Under the pieces are notes generated by a model. The model was not told where the DNA came from and searched no databases. It saw only the letters and a list, made by a program, of their open reading frames with translations. Shown here piece after piece: positions 25,555 to 34,727 of a stretch of 37,406 nt of DNA. Position numbers and translations under genes: made by a program. The number at the start of each line of letters is the position of its first letter. The first letter of the stretch is position 1. Where the stretch lies: assembly GCA_964402565.1 (NCBI GenBank), contig CAYOCJ010000002.1, positions 475,425-512,830 of the forward strand. The letters are read 5' to 3'. This stretch comes from an uncultured Gammaproteobacteria bacterium. GTDB lineage: Bacteria; Patescibacteriota; Patescibacteriia; UBA1558; 2-01-FULL-52-15.

Positions 25555-26280
25555 ATGAGCGTAGGATATGGATTGGCATTCATCGCGGGCGTAGCGACTT
25601 TTTTTGCGACTTGTCTGGTCCCGGTTCTTCCCGTCTATCTAGCATATTTGGGCGGTATCAGCCTGCCGGCAGACAACGCAGTATCAGTCAATAAACGCGA
25701 AGCAATACTGACACACAGTGTTGTTTTTATTTTCGGTTTTCTGCTCGTGTTCTCTATGCTTGGGCTAGCCGCGACTGAGTTAGGGCGCCTATTTGCCGAG
25801 TATCGTATCTTTTTTCAGAAAGCTGGCGGCATCTTGATCATTATTTTTGGTTTAGGGCTCATGGATATCCTGAAGATCAAATTTTTTTCAAAAACTTATC
25901 GCTTGTTCATGCCTGCCAAAAAAAATGGTGCAAGTTTTCTGGGAGCTTTTTTATTTGGCATGACCTTTGGCTTTGCCTGGGTTCCTTGCATCGGTCCGGT
26001 GCTTGCAACGATCCTTTTTTTGGTTAGCCTGGGCAAAGAGCCGATGCTGGGAGTAACGTTATTAGGCGTATTTGCGCTTGGCCTAGGAACGCCATTTTTG
26101 ATTCTTGGTATTTTCATGCGGTCCATCACGCCGGCTGTCGCACGCCTGCACCGGTCTACCCGCTATGTGCAGTCGATACTTGGCGCTTGTATCGTTCTGG
26201 TGGGGCTCTTGCTTATTACGGATAGTCTTGGTATTTTGTCGCAGTGGACCCTTGCTTGGGGAGGGACATTAGCATTATAG
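25555..26280 (+). CDS. ccdA: Cytochrome c biogenesis / thiol-disulfide transfer membrane protein CcdA (DsbD family)
   Basis: 'FIAG...F..TCLVPVLPVYL' and 'PCIGPVLATIL', with six TM segments. Confidence 0.8.
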   Translation: MSVGYGLAFIAGVATFFATCLVPVLPVYLAYLGGISLPADNAVSVNKREAILTHSVVFIFGFLLVFSMLGLAATELGRLFAEYRIFFQKAGGILIIIFGLGLMDILKIKFFSKTYRLFMPAKKNGASFLGAFLFGMTFGFAWVPCIGPVLATILFLVSLGKEPMLGVTLLGVFALGLGTPFLILGIFMRSITPAVARLHRSTRYVQSILGACIVLVGLLLITDSLGILSQWTLAWGGTLAL

Positions 26281-26287
26281 TTCGTCT

Positions 26288-26662
26288 ATGAATATTGCAG
26301 TCGTCGGTGCATCAAATGATCCAGAAAAATTCGGTAATCGAATCGTATTACACTTGGTCCGCGAAGGGCATACTGTGTTTCCGGTTAACCCGAAAGAAAA
26401 GACCATTGTTAATATTCCTTGCTACCGCAAGGTGAAGGATATTCCAAGCCCTGTCGATGTAGTAGATATCGTCGTGCCGCCAAAGATCACATTGAAGGTA
26501 TTGCGCCATTTGATCACCATGGGCGGGCTTGATATTTGGATACAGCCAGGCGCCGGTTCGCCTGAAGTGAAGTCGTATCTGGAAAGGCATAGCAGTGATT
26601 TCGGGATGATTACGTATGAGGAGTGCATTATGACAGCAATGGACCAGGTCTATAAGCTTTAG
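26288..26662 (+). CDS. CoA-binding domain protein (YccU/YneT-like)
   Basis: 'IAVVGAS.DP.KFGN.I...L...GH.V.PVNPK........CY..V.DIP..VD.V...VPP'. Confidence 0.75.
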   Translation: MNIAVVGASNDPEKFGNRIVLHLVREGHTVFPVNPKEKTIVNIPCYRKVKDIPSPVDVVDIVVPPKITLKVLRHLITMGGLDIWIQPGAGSPEVKSYLERHSSDFGMITYEECIMTAMDQVYKL

Positions 26663-26666
26663 CATC

Positions 26667-26695
26667 TTGCTTCATTGGTTCTTTCTTAGTATAGT
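26667..26695 (+). promoter_or_regulatory. Candidate sigma70 promoter (TTGCTT-17 nt-TATAGT)
   Basis: The hexamers and spacing were seen directly in the sequence, upstream of the small membrane protein gene. Confidence 0.4.
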
Positions 26696-26728
26696 AGTTG
26701 TATCTAATAAATATAAACTGAAAACTGT

Positions 26729-26956
26729 ATGGCGTTTGCCATGCTCATCACCATACTCGGTTTTCTCATGCTTTTTGATCGCATGGGGATTCTCTCAAGC
26801 GCGGTATGGAACTATTTTTGGCCCATGGTAGTCATCGGCATCGGGCTCTCGATGATGTTCAATAAGATGGCGCACAATCATTATTTTGATGAGTGCTGCC
26901 TCCGCGGAGATCATCATTTTGGAAAGAAGGAAGCAAAAAAGAGTCGCCGCGTGTAG
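26729..26956 (+). CDS. Small 2-TM membrane protein (DUF5668/LiaF-TM-like) with His/Cys-rich tail
   Basis: Two hydrophobic helices are followed by 'HNHYFDECCLRGDHHFG'. Confidence 0.5.
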   Translation: MAFAMLITILGFLMLFDRMGILSSAVWNYFWPMVVIGIGLSMMFNKMAHNHYFDECCLRGDHHFGKKEAKKSRRV

Positions 26957-26977
26957 TTTACTTTCGAATTATTTTGT

Positions 26978-28267
26978 ATGGAGTCAGTCCGTCTTGATCG
27001 ACTGAAGTCGTTCGAACAACAGGAGGTCAGCGTTTCAGCGTGGGTCTATAATCTGCGATCGTCAGGCAAGGTCGCTTTTTTGCAATTGCGCGATGGATAT
27101 GGATTTGCGCAAGCAGTTGCATCACAAACCGAGCTTTCAGCATCGGTCTGGGAGACGGTACAGAAGGTTACTCAAGAATCGTCTGTGCGCATCACCGCCA
27201 TTGTTACGAAACATCCCAAACACGAGCTGTATGAGCTGCAGATAAAAAACTGCGAGATCATCCAGCGTGCTGAAGAATATCCGATCGGGAACAAGGATCA
27301 TGGCATTGATTTTTTGATGGATCAGCGCCATCTCTGGCTGCGATCGAGCAAGCAATGGGCGATTCTCCGTATACGCAATACTCTGATTAAAGGCATATAT
27401 GACTTCATGGAGCGTGAAGGTTTTTTGAAGATCGATTCGCCGATCCTGACGCCGAATGCCTGTGAAGGCACGACCGAGCTATTCGAAATGGAATATTTTG
27501 ATCAGAAGGCATATCTTTCTCAATCCGGCCAGCTATATATCGAGGCGGCTATTTTTGCGCACAATAAGGTTTTTGACTTTGGACCGGTCTTCCGTGCTGA
27601 GAAATCAAAGACTCGTCGCCATTTGACCGAGTTCTGGATGATGGATGCTGAAGCTGCATTCGCAGAGCATGACGATAATATCGCTACGCAGGAGAAGCTT
27701 ATTGTTTTTTTGGTCGAACGCGTTCTTGAGCGGAATAGGGAGGAGTTGAAGGTCCTCGAGCGCGATACTGCGCCATTAGAAAAGATCAAGGCGCCGTTTA
27801 TCCGGATGACCCATGCAGAGGCCTTAGAGAAACTTCAAAAACTAGGTTCAGATATTAAGCCAGGCGATGATCTGGGGGGCGACGATGAGACCTTATTGAC
27901 CAAGCAGTATGATAAGCCGGTGATTGTGGAGAAGTATCCGGCTGCCGTGAAGGCATTCTATATGAAACGCGACCCTCAGAGCCCTGAACTTGCGCTTTGC
28001 GATGATATGCTGGCCCCTGAAGGGTATGGAGAGATTATCGGCGGATCACAGCGTGAAGACGATTATGCAACGTTAAAACAGCGAATTATCGAGCATAATC
28101 TGCCTGTAAGCGAATTTGAATGGTATTTGGACCTTCGGAAGTATGGCTCGGTGCCCCATGCGGGCTTTGGACTTGGACTCGAACGTTTGGTATCATGGAT
28201 AGGTGGCTTACAGCATGTACGGGAAGCCATACCTTTTGCCCGGACTATAACAAGGCTCAGGCCTTGA
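26978..28267 (+). CDS. asnS: Asparagine--tRNA ligase
   Basis: A class IIb enzyme. 'FGPVFRAEKSKTRRHLTEFWMMDAE.AF' and 'DLRKYGSVPHAGFGLGLERLV....G....REAIPF.R' closely parallel the E. coli AsnRS motifs. The 429-aa length also fits. Confidence 0.8.
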   Translation: MESVRLDRLKSFEQQEVSVSAWVYNLRSSGKVAFLQLRDGYGFAQAVASQTELSASVWETVQKVTQESSVRITAIVTKHPKHELYELQIKNCEIIQRAEEYPIGNKDHGIDFLMDQRHLWLRSSKQWAILRIRNTLIKGIYDFMEREGFLKIDSPILTPNACEGTTELFEMEYFDQKAYLSQSGQLYIEAAIFAHNKVFDFGPVFRAEKSKTRRHLTEFWMMDAEAAFAEHDDNIATQEKLIVFLVERVLERNREELKVLERDTAPLEKIKAPFIRMTHAEALEKLQKLGSDIKPGDDLGGDDETLLTKQYDKPVIVEKYPAAVKAFYMKRDPQSPELALCDDMLAPEGYGEIIGGSQREDDYATLKQRIIEHNLPVSEFEWYLDLRKYGSVPHAGFGLGLERLVSWIGGLQHVREAIPFARTITRLRP

Positions 28268-28300
28268 TAAACATAGTTTAATAAACATAAGTAGTAACGT

Positions 28301-28657
28301 ATGAACAAAGTTTTCATGAAAGCGACCCGTTTGGCATATCTGGCGCCTTTGGCATTTGCCGCAACTGCGCATGCACAGGTGTCCATCGACTTTCCAAAGT
28401 CGTTCGCAGGTTTTAGTTCACAGGATCTGAAGACAACCATTCAGAATGTTATTCGTTTGATCCTCGGTTTCTTGGGCATTGTGACCATTTTGATCATACT
28501 CGCAGGCGGATTTAAGTGGATGACTTCATTCGGCGATGAGGGCAAGATCGACGAGGCGAAGAAATTGATCAGTGCAGGTGTTGTTGGATTGGTGGTCGTG
28601 CTGGCTGCTTACGCAATCGCAAGCTTCGTCGTCAACTCGCTGCAGAACGCAGTGTAA
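28301..28657 (+). CDS. Small secreted 2-TM protein, T4SS-pilin-like (TrbC/VirB2-type fold common in CPR)
   Basis: Signal peptide 'LAPLAFAATAHAQ', then two TM helices flanking 'GGFKWMTSFGDEGKIDEAKK'. Confidence 0.5.
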   Translation: MNKVFMKATRLAYLAPLAFAATAHAQVSIDFPKSFAGFSSQDLKTTIQNVIRLILGFLGIVTILIILAGGFKWMTSFGDEGKIDEAKKLISAGVVGLVVVLAAYAIASFVVNSLQNAV

Positions 28658-28693
28658 TAATACAGTTCCCTGGAGGGAATAAGATAACTCTCG

Positions 28694-30100
28694 ATGAAAA
28701 CATACATCAGTGAGCTTGTGGAGGGAGTTGTCGGAAACACGGTTGCCTGTGCCGGCTGGGTGCATAATCGGCGCAATATGGGCAAGTTGGTATTTTTTGA
28801 TCTGCGAGACAGCACCGGCCTCTTGCAGGTTGTTTGCGTGCCACAGGAAATGGATGAGGCTTCCGGCGCTGCAGTACAGGACATGCGTCCGGAATTCGTG
28901 ATCGAAGTTTCTGGCATTCTGCAGAAGCGAGGCGCTAAACAGATCAATCCGGACATTCCAACAGGTTCCATAGAGCTTTTGGCAAAGCAGCTGCGTATCG
29001 TGTCTGTTGCGAAAACAACGCCATTCGAAATTGAGAATGAAGATCGACAGGCGAACGAAGAGTTGCGGCTGAAATACCGTTACCTTGATTTACGCCACGA
29101 TCGAATGGCAAAAAATATTGTTGCGCGGGCGAACATCATCCGGTCTATTCGCAATTTTCTGTCCGGCAGGGGATTCATTGAAGTTGAAACCCCGATACTT
29201 ACGAAATCGACCCCTGAAGGAGCGCGTGATTATATCGTGCCGTCACGCATCACTAAAGGCAGTTTTTATGCGCTTCCTCAGTCTCCTCAGCAGTATAAAC
29301 AGCTCCTGATGGTTGCCGGCATTGAGCGGTATTTTCAGATAGCAAGGTGCTTCCGCGATGAAGATACTCGCGGAGATCGCCAGCCGGAATTCACGCAGCT
29401 GGATCTGGAAATGAGTTTCGTTGAGCGCGAAGACGTAATGGCTCTGAACGAAGAGCTTATTATTGCAACCGTCAAAGAATGCTATCCGGAGAAAAAAATT
29501 CAGGAGATCCCTTTCCCGCGACTGACGTATGCAGAAGCGATGAAACAGTATGGCACGGATAGGCCTGACGTCCGTAACGATAAGAATGATCCAAATCTTC
29601 TAGCATTTTGCTGGGTGATCGATTTTCCGTTTTTTGAAAAAACTGAAGAGGGCGGCTGGACATTCACGCATAATCCGTTTTCCGCAGCAAAGCCAGAGCA
29701 CCAGGCAGACCTGCTTGCCCGGAAGAATATCGGGAGTATTTTGACGACGCAATACGATGTTTCATTGAATGGTTTCGAGATATGCGGCGGCAGCATCAGA
29801 AATCATCAGAGAGAGGCTCTTGCTGCAGTATTTGAGATCATCGGATTTTCAGCGGATGCCATCCAGAAAAATTTCGGCCATATGCTCGAGGCATTCGACT
29901 ATGGAGCGCCACCGCATGGGGGTATTGCCTGGGGGCTTGATCGGTTTGTGATGATTCTCCAGAATGAGCCGAATATTCGCGAGGTGATCGCTTTCCCGAA
30001 GACATCAGACGGCAAAGATCCGATGATGGACTCGCCCTCAGCCGTTAGTGCAGACCAGTTGAAGGAACTTGGCATTTCAGTTTCACCGAAGAAACTATAA
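28694..30100 (+). CDS. aspS: Aspartate--tRNA ligase, bacterial-type catalytic core but lacking the GAD insertion domain
   Basis: 'RYLDLR', 'FYALPQSPQ.YKQLLM', 'RCFRDED.R.DRQPEFTQLD.EMSF', 'YG.DRPD.R', 'WVIDFP.FE' and 'GG.A.GLDR..M' are present. Only about 12 aa separate 'RPDVRN' from 'WVIDFP'. Confidence 0.85.
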   Translation: MKTYISELVEGVVGNTVACAGWVHNRRNMGKLVFFDLRDSTGLLQVVCVPQEMDEASGAAVQDMRPEFVIEVSGILQKRGAKQINPDIPTGSIELLAKQLRIVSVAKTTPFEIENEDRQANEELRLKYRYLDLRHDRMAKNIVARANIIRSIRNFLSGRGFIEVETPILTKSTPEGARDYIVPSRITKGSFYALPQSPQQYKQLLMVAGIERYFQIARCFRDEDTRGDRQPEFTQLDLEMSFVEREDVMALNEELIIATVKECYPEKKIQEIPFPRLTYAEAMKQYGTDRPDVRNDKNDPNLLAFCWVIDFPFFEKTEEGGWTFTHNPFSAAKPEHQADLLARKNIGSILTTQYDVSLNGFEICGGSIRNHQREALAAVFEIIGFSADAIQKNFGHMLEAFDYGAPPHGGIAWGLDRFVMILQNEPNIREVIAFPKTSDGKDPMMDSPSAVSADQLKELGISVSPKKL

Positions 30101-30107
30101 GGGCGCT

Positions 30108-30410
30108 ATGCAGCTTTCTGATCTGCAAAAGTATATCCTTAAAGCTACGTATAAGAATGGACCCCGTACGCCGCGGTCTATTTTTAATAGATTTTACGAC
30201 AAGGTTTCAGAAGAGGAGCTGCATACCATAGCGCGGAGCATCGAGCGTCTCGTAGTAAAAGGTCATCTGGTAAGCTTTGGGCGTAAAACCGCTCAAAAAT
30301 GGTTCACTGATTCGGTGACATTGACGCCCATAGGCAAAAAAAGGGCAATCGCATTATATTCTGAGCAGGCACGTTTGCCGCTGGTTGCCAAAGGAAAAAA
30401 ACGCGCATAA
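30108..30410 (+). CDS. Small hypothetical protein, probably winged-helix DNA-binding
   Basis: The ATG at 30108 lies just after the aspS stop. 'LQKYIL......G........I....Y.......[15 protein letters not shown]' is wHTH-like, and the tail is basic. Confidence 0.45.
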   Translation: MQLSDLQKYILKATYKNGPRTPRSIFNRFYDKVSEEELHTIARSIERLVVKGHLVSFGRKTAQKWFTDSVTLTPIGKKRAIALYSEQARLPLVAKGKKRA

Positions 30411-30448
30411 TTACCTCGCCCGGCTTGGTTCACGAAGATGCCTTAAAA

Positions 30449-30457
30449 TGCTATACT
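30449..30457 (+). promoter_or_regulatory. Extended -10 element TGcTATACT upstream of the YbaK-like gene
   Basis: Seen directly in the sequence, about 33 nt upstream of the ATG at 30491. Confidence 0.35.
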
Positions 30458-30490
30458 AAAGGCACAATTTTATTACTAGCAAATGTAACT

Positions 30491-31045
30491 ATGGTTTCAA
30501 CAAAAGTTAAAGATCACTTAGAAAAAAATAAGATTCCCTATCAGCTCCTTGACCATAAGGTCGTCTACACGGCCTATGACGCAGCGCAGACCCTGAAGGT
30601 AAAGTTGAATGAGCTTATGAAGACGCTCATGGTCAAAGTCGATAAGGATTTTTATTTGGTGTCGCTGCCCGCTGATAAAAATCTGGATTTTGCCCTGCTC
30701 AAAAAGGCAGTCAAGCTGCTCGGAGGATCGGTAAAAAAAATAGAAATTCCCGGAGAAAAGGTCTTGGTTAAAACATTCAAGATCAAGCCAGGCGGATTGA
30801 CGGGTTTCGGCGCTTTGCATAAAGTCAGGACCATCGTCGATAAAGACTTGAAGAAAGCAAAGGAAGTTATTGTATCAGGTGGCAGCCTGACGCAAAGCAT
30901 CAAGATGAAGCTTTCTGATTATGTGAAACTCGAAGGAGCGGTCGTAGCATCGATCGGCAAGAAGAGAAAATTGCCGAAGATCGTTGTTCAGAAGCCGGTT
31001 AAAAAAAAGAAGGCTCAGCAGAAATCATCAAAGAAGCGCCGTTAA
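30491..31045 (+). CDS. YbaK/EbsC/ProX-type aminoacyl-tRNA deacylase domain protein with polylysine C-terminal tail
   Basis: '[28 protein letters not shown]', 'GGLTGFG' and 'VIVSGGS' match the tRNA_edit fold pattern. The tail reads '[28 protein letters not shown]'. Confidence 0.65.
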   Translation: MVSTKVKDHLEKNKIPYQLLDHKVVYTAYDAAQTLKVKLNELMKTLMVKVDKDFYLVSLPADKNLDFALLKKAVKLLGGSVKKIEIPGEKVLVKTFKIKPGGLTGFGALHKVRTIVDKDLKKAKEVIVSGGSLTQSIKMKLSDYVKLEGAVVASIGKKRKLPKIVVQKPVKKKKAQQKSSKKRR

Positions 31046-31048
31046 TCT

Positions 31049-31750
31049 ATGCAGCAGGTTTTCAAACTTGATCAATTCGAGGGTCCGCTTGATCTGCTCT
31101 TGCGATTGATCGAGGATGAGAAATTGGACATAACGACCATATCGCTTGCAAAGGTAACGGATCAGTATTTGGCTTTCATCGAACATGAAGAGCAGCTGCC
31201 TGCTGATGAGATCGCTGATTTTCTGATCGTTGCTGCTAAGCTTATTTACATAAAGTCGAAATATTTGCTTCCTGCACTTGAGGTGGAAGAGGAAGATGGT
31301 ATTGACCTTGAATTGCAGCTGAAACTCTATCGCGAGTACTATCGTGCCAGCAAGGTTATTCTGAAGATGCTGGGCAAGAAAAAGTTCAGCTATGTACGGA
31401 CTGTTCCTTTGAAACTACCGCGTGAAGCAGGATTTCATCCACCAAAAAATGCCACACCGGAGACTATGGCAGAAGCTTTTTGGGCTGCTCTCGGGAGGAT
31501 TGAAGTCATTATTCGATTGCCGAAGATCGTTCTGAAGACAGCTGTGTCGATCCGGGATAAAATAGCCAGCCTGCGGGCTGCACTGGAAAAAGGGATAGTT
31601 TCGTTTCATCGTTTTTATGATTCTTCAAATAAGCAAGACGTGATCGTAAGTTTTTTGGCCATGCTTGAGCTCGTCAAAATGAGGGATATCGATGTCGAGC
31701 AGGACGGCTTGTTTACAGAAATTACTATTCGTAAATTTAATAATATATGA
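31049..31750 (+). CDS. scpA: Segregation and condensation protein A
   Basis: 'F.GPLDLLL.LI....LDI..ISLA.VTDQYL' is the ScpA N-terminus. It is followed by an overlapping scpB. Confidence 0.85.
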   Translation: MQQVFKLDQFEGPLDLLLRLIEDEKLDITTISLAKVTDQYLAFIEHEEQLPADEIADFLIVAAKLIYIKSKYLLPALEVEEEDGIDLELQLKLYREYYRASKVILKMLGKKKFSYVRTVPLKLPREAGFHPPKNATPETMAEAFWAALGRIEVIIRLPKIVLKTAVSIRDKIASLRAALEKGIVSFHRFYDSSNKQDVIVSFLAMLELVKMRDIDVEQDGLFTEITIRKFNNI

Positions 31751-32319
31751 GTTCACCGGTGTCACAGCTTGAAAGCATTTTACTTGTTGCTGGAAAACCA
31801 ATGTCATTTGCTGCTCTCACGAAGCTTCTCGCGTGCAGTTCGGATGAGCTGCAGACTGCTATTCAGGAGCTCGAGGAGCGTTATAATGCGAGAACGAGCG
31901 GTATACATCTGATGCTGAATGACGATAAGATACAGCTTACGACCAATCCGGAAAATAAAAAGCTGATCGCTGATTTCATCAAAGATGAGACGACAGGCGA
32001 GCTTACCAAACCTTCGCTTGAGACGCTGACGATCATTGCGTATCGGCAGCCTATCAGCAAAGAAGAGCTGGAGCAGATCCGCGGCGTGAATTGCAGCCTC
32101 ATCATTCGGAACCTCATGATACGCGGGCTTATCGAAGCGCATGAGGGCAGAGGAGGCCTTGCAACCATGTACGCAGTGACCATGGATTTTTTACGGCATC
32201 TTGGCATCAATAAAGTAGAGGAACTTCCTGATTTTGAAAAATTGCATAGCCACGAAAGCATCCAGCAATTGCTCAACCAAGACAATGCGCCCGAAGTTCC
32301 CGGCACGATGGCCGTATGA
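31747..32319 (+). CDS. scpB: SMC-Scp complex subunit ScpB
   Basis: 'LE.ILLVAG.P.S...L' and 'LS...LETL.IIAY.QPI...E.E.IRGV....I...L..RGLI', plus a 4-nt overlap with scpA. Confidence 0.85.
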   Translation: MSSPVSQLESILLVAGKPMSFAALTKLLACSSDELQTAIQELEERYNARTSGIHLMLNDDKIQLTTNPENKKLIADFIKDETTGELTKPSLETLTIIAYRQPISKEELEQIRGVNCSLIIRNLMIRGLIEAHEGRGGLATMYAVTMDFLRHLGINKVEELPDFEKLHSHESIQQLLNQDNAPEVPGTMAV

Positions 32320-32996
32320 TGCGCATAGCGAAATTTCTTGCTACAGCCGGCGTTGCAAGCCGGCGCGCAGCCGAAGAATTAGTACGAGCAGGCGCTATTT
32401 CGGTTGACGGAGTAACGATAACAAATGTTGCTACGAACATTGACCCTGCACTATCAGAAGTCCGGGTTCGCGGCAAAGTCGTTTCTGCTGAACGACTGGT
32501 CTATTACCTGGTACACAAGCCGGCTGGCTATCTTTCAGCAGCAAAAGCAGCCTCAGGCGCTAAACTTGTCACACAGTTAGTTCCAAAAAATCCCCGCGTC
32601 TATCCGGTGGGGCGTCTGGATAAAGACAGTTCTGGGCTCATTATCTTAACTAATGACGGAGCATTGACCCTGCAGTTGACGCATCCGAAATTTGAAGTCG
32701 CGAAAGTGTATGAGGTCGAATTGGACCATCTCTGTACGCCAGACCTTATACGCCGCCTCATGAAAGGGGTCCGGATGAAAGAAGGCAAAGCTTTCGCTGA
32801 TGCGGTCGAAAGGATCACTGCCCGGAAGATACGCATAACCTTGCATCAGGGGTTCAATCGCCAGATCCGCCGCATGCTTGGTTTCTGCGGCTATACCGCA
32901 GTATCCCTCAAGCGTATTTCTGAAGGGTTTTTAACACTTGGTGAACTAGGTGAAGGCAAGTATCGCGTTCTTCGAAAGGAGGATATTTTGAAATGA
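32316..32996 (+). CDS. Pseudouridine synthase, RsuA/RluB family, with N-terminal S4 domain
   Basis: 'R.AKFLA.AGVASRR.AE.L...G...V.G' is the S4 domain. The catalytic motif is 'PVGRLDKDSSGLIILTNDG'. Confidence 0.85.
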   Translation: MMRIAKFLATAGVASRRAAEELVRAGAISVDGVTITNVATNIDPALSEVRVRGKVVSAERLVYYLVHKPAGYLSAAKAASGAKLVTQLVPKNPRVYPVGRLDKDSSGLIILTNDGALTLQLTHPKFEVAKVYEVELDHLCTPDLIRRLMKGVRMKEGKAFADAVERITARKIRITLHQGFNRQIRRMLGFCGYTAVSLKRISEGFLTLGELGEGKYRVLRKEDILK

Positions 32997-33934
32997 ATTG
33001 GTACCTGTTGACCGCAAGTATTGTCGCCCTGTTTGGCATTGCTACATTGGGCATAACGCCGATAGAGCCAGCACATATCGTATGGGTGGGTGAGACACGC
33101 GAGGGGAGTCCGCTTCCGGCTGCACACTTGATTTCGGCTACATCAATGCTGCACGCGCCTGTCCGCAAACTGAATGATTCTCTCGGTGTTGATATGACGG
33201 CTGTTTCAGCACTGATGCTTGATTCAAAAACAGGTAGAGTAGTGTATGAAAAAAATAAGGATCAGGTACGGACTATAGCAAGCATCACGAAGCTCATGAC
33301 ACTCATGGTGAGCATCGATGCGATCAAGGATCTGAAGAAAACAGTAAAGATCATTCCCGAGGACTATGTGCCGTTCGGGACCACCACATTGACCACTGGC
33401 GAGGAGGTGAGCGGCGAAGACCTTATCGCGGCGGCGGTTATCGGATCAGATAATACCGCTGTGCGTGCGCTCGCACGATCTACTGGTTTGACGACCGAAG
33501 CCTTCGTCAAAAAAATGAATGATCACGCCAAGGCCTTGGGTCTTGCAAAAACGACGTTCGCTGATGTGACTGGCCTCTCGGATCACAATACCTCTACTGC
33601 TGAGGAGATTTTACTCTTTGCGAAAAAAGCTTTTGCATATGATACGATAGGCACGTTCGCCGGTAAGCGGACCTATGTATTCGCTTCAGCCGATGGCAAG
33701 GAGCATACGGTCAAAACGACGAACCGATTGATCGGAACATTCATATCTGTCGTACATGGTAAGACCGGCTTCGTCACTGAGTCAGGGTACAATCTGGTTT
33801 CTGAGATCACGGATAAAGCCGGGCATCATTTGCTGGGCGTGGTATTAGGCAGCGCGACGAATGATGACCGGTTCCATGATTTCAAAATGATGGCGTATTG
33901 GGTTTGGGAAAACTTTACATGGCCAGAGAATTAA
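32993..33934 (+). CDS. D-alanyl-D-alanine carboxypeptidase (peptidase S11, PBP5-like)
   Basis: An N-terminal TM segment, SxxK 'SITKLMT', SxN 'GSDN' and KTG 'HGKTGF'. Confidence 0.8.
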   Translation: MNWYLLTASIVALFGIATLGITPIEPAHIVWVGETREGSPLPAAHLISATSMLHAPVRKLNDSLGVDMTAVSALMLDSKTGRVVYEKNKDQVRTIASITKLMTLMVSIDAIKDLKKTVKIIPEDYVPFGTTTLTTGEEVSGEDLIAAAVIGSDNTAVRALARSTGLTTEAFVKKMNDHAKALGLAKTTFADVTGLSDHNTSTAEEILLFAKKAFAYDTIGTFAGKRTYVFASADGKEHTVKTTNRLIGTFISVVHGKTGFVTESGYNLVSEITDKAGHHLLGVVLGSATNDDRFHDFKMMAYWVWENFTWPEN

Positions 33935-33958
33935 TGTTGTGGTATTCTGGTACTATCT

Positions 33959-34726
33959 ATGTCTGAACGACGCATTGTTATTGCAAATTGGAAAATGCAG
34001 CTTGATCTGAACGGCAGCATTCAGCTCGCTCAAGATCTTCGAATCTCTGCGGATTCTCTCGGACTCCCGACGAATACGGATGTCGTTGTCTGTCCGTCAT
34101 TTGACGCGCTTGCAACCATTGCAGACTTGATGGAAGGGAGCGCATTCAGGATTGGAGCTCAGGACCTATTTTGGCAGGAAAAAGGAGCCTATACGGGCGA
34201 AGTATCGGCCAGCATGCTTAAAGCCGCAGGTGCTGGGCTGGTCATTATCGGGCACTCAGAACGAAGGAAATATTTGGGAGAAGATGACGCTATGGTGAAT
34301 AAGAAAGTGAAGGCTGCATTGGCGGAGCATTTGATACCGGTTGTTTGTGTCGGTGAAACATACGAGGAGCGGCGCTTAGGCCATACCGATCTTATTTTAG
34401 CGCGGCAAGTGATCGAGGGTTTGAAAGGACTATCACTCGGGCGGTCAGATAGGGTGATCGTGGCGTATGAGCCAGTGTGGGTTATCGGTACTGGGCAGGC
34501 TATTGATCCGTCTATGGCAGCGCATGCCTCAGATGTCATTGAGCAGGCGCTTATCGATCTGTATCCCTCAGAAGTCGTCGAACAGCAGACGAATATTTTA
34601 TACGGCGGCAGCGTCGATGATGCGAATATCAAAGAGTATGTTGCGCTGCCTAAGATCCATGGCGTGCTCGTCGGCACGGCCAGCCTGAATGCTGAAAAGT
34701 TTTTAAGATTAATTGACGCAATGTAA
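33959..34726 (+). CDS. tpiA: Triose-phosphate isomerase
   Basis: 'IANWKM', 'IGHSERR' and 'AYEPVWVIGTG'. Confidence 0.9.
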   Translation: MSERRIVIANWKMQLDLNGSIQLAQDLRISADSLGLPTNTDVVVCPSFDALATIADLMEGSAFRIGAQDLFWQEKGAYTGEVSASMLKAAGAGLVIIGHSERRKYLGEDDAMVNKKVKAALAEHLIPVVCVGETYEERRLGHTDLILARQVIEGLKGLSLGRSDRVIVAYEPVWVIGTGQAIDPSMAAHASDVIEQALIDLYPSEVVEQQTNILYGGSVDDANIKEYVALPKIHGVLVGTASLNAEKFLRLIDAM

Positions 34727-34727
34727 T

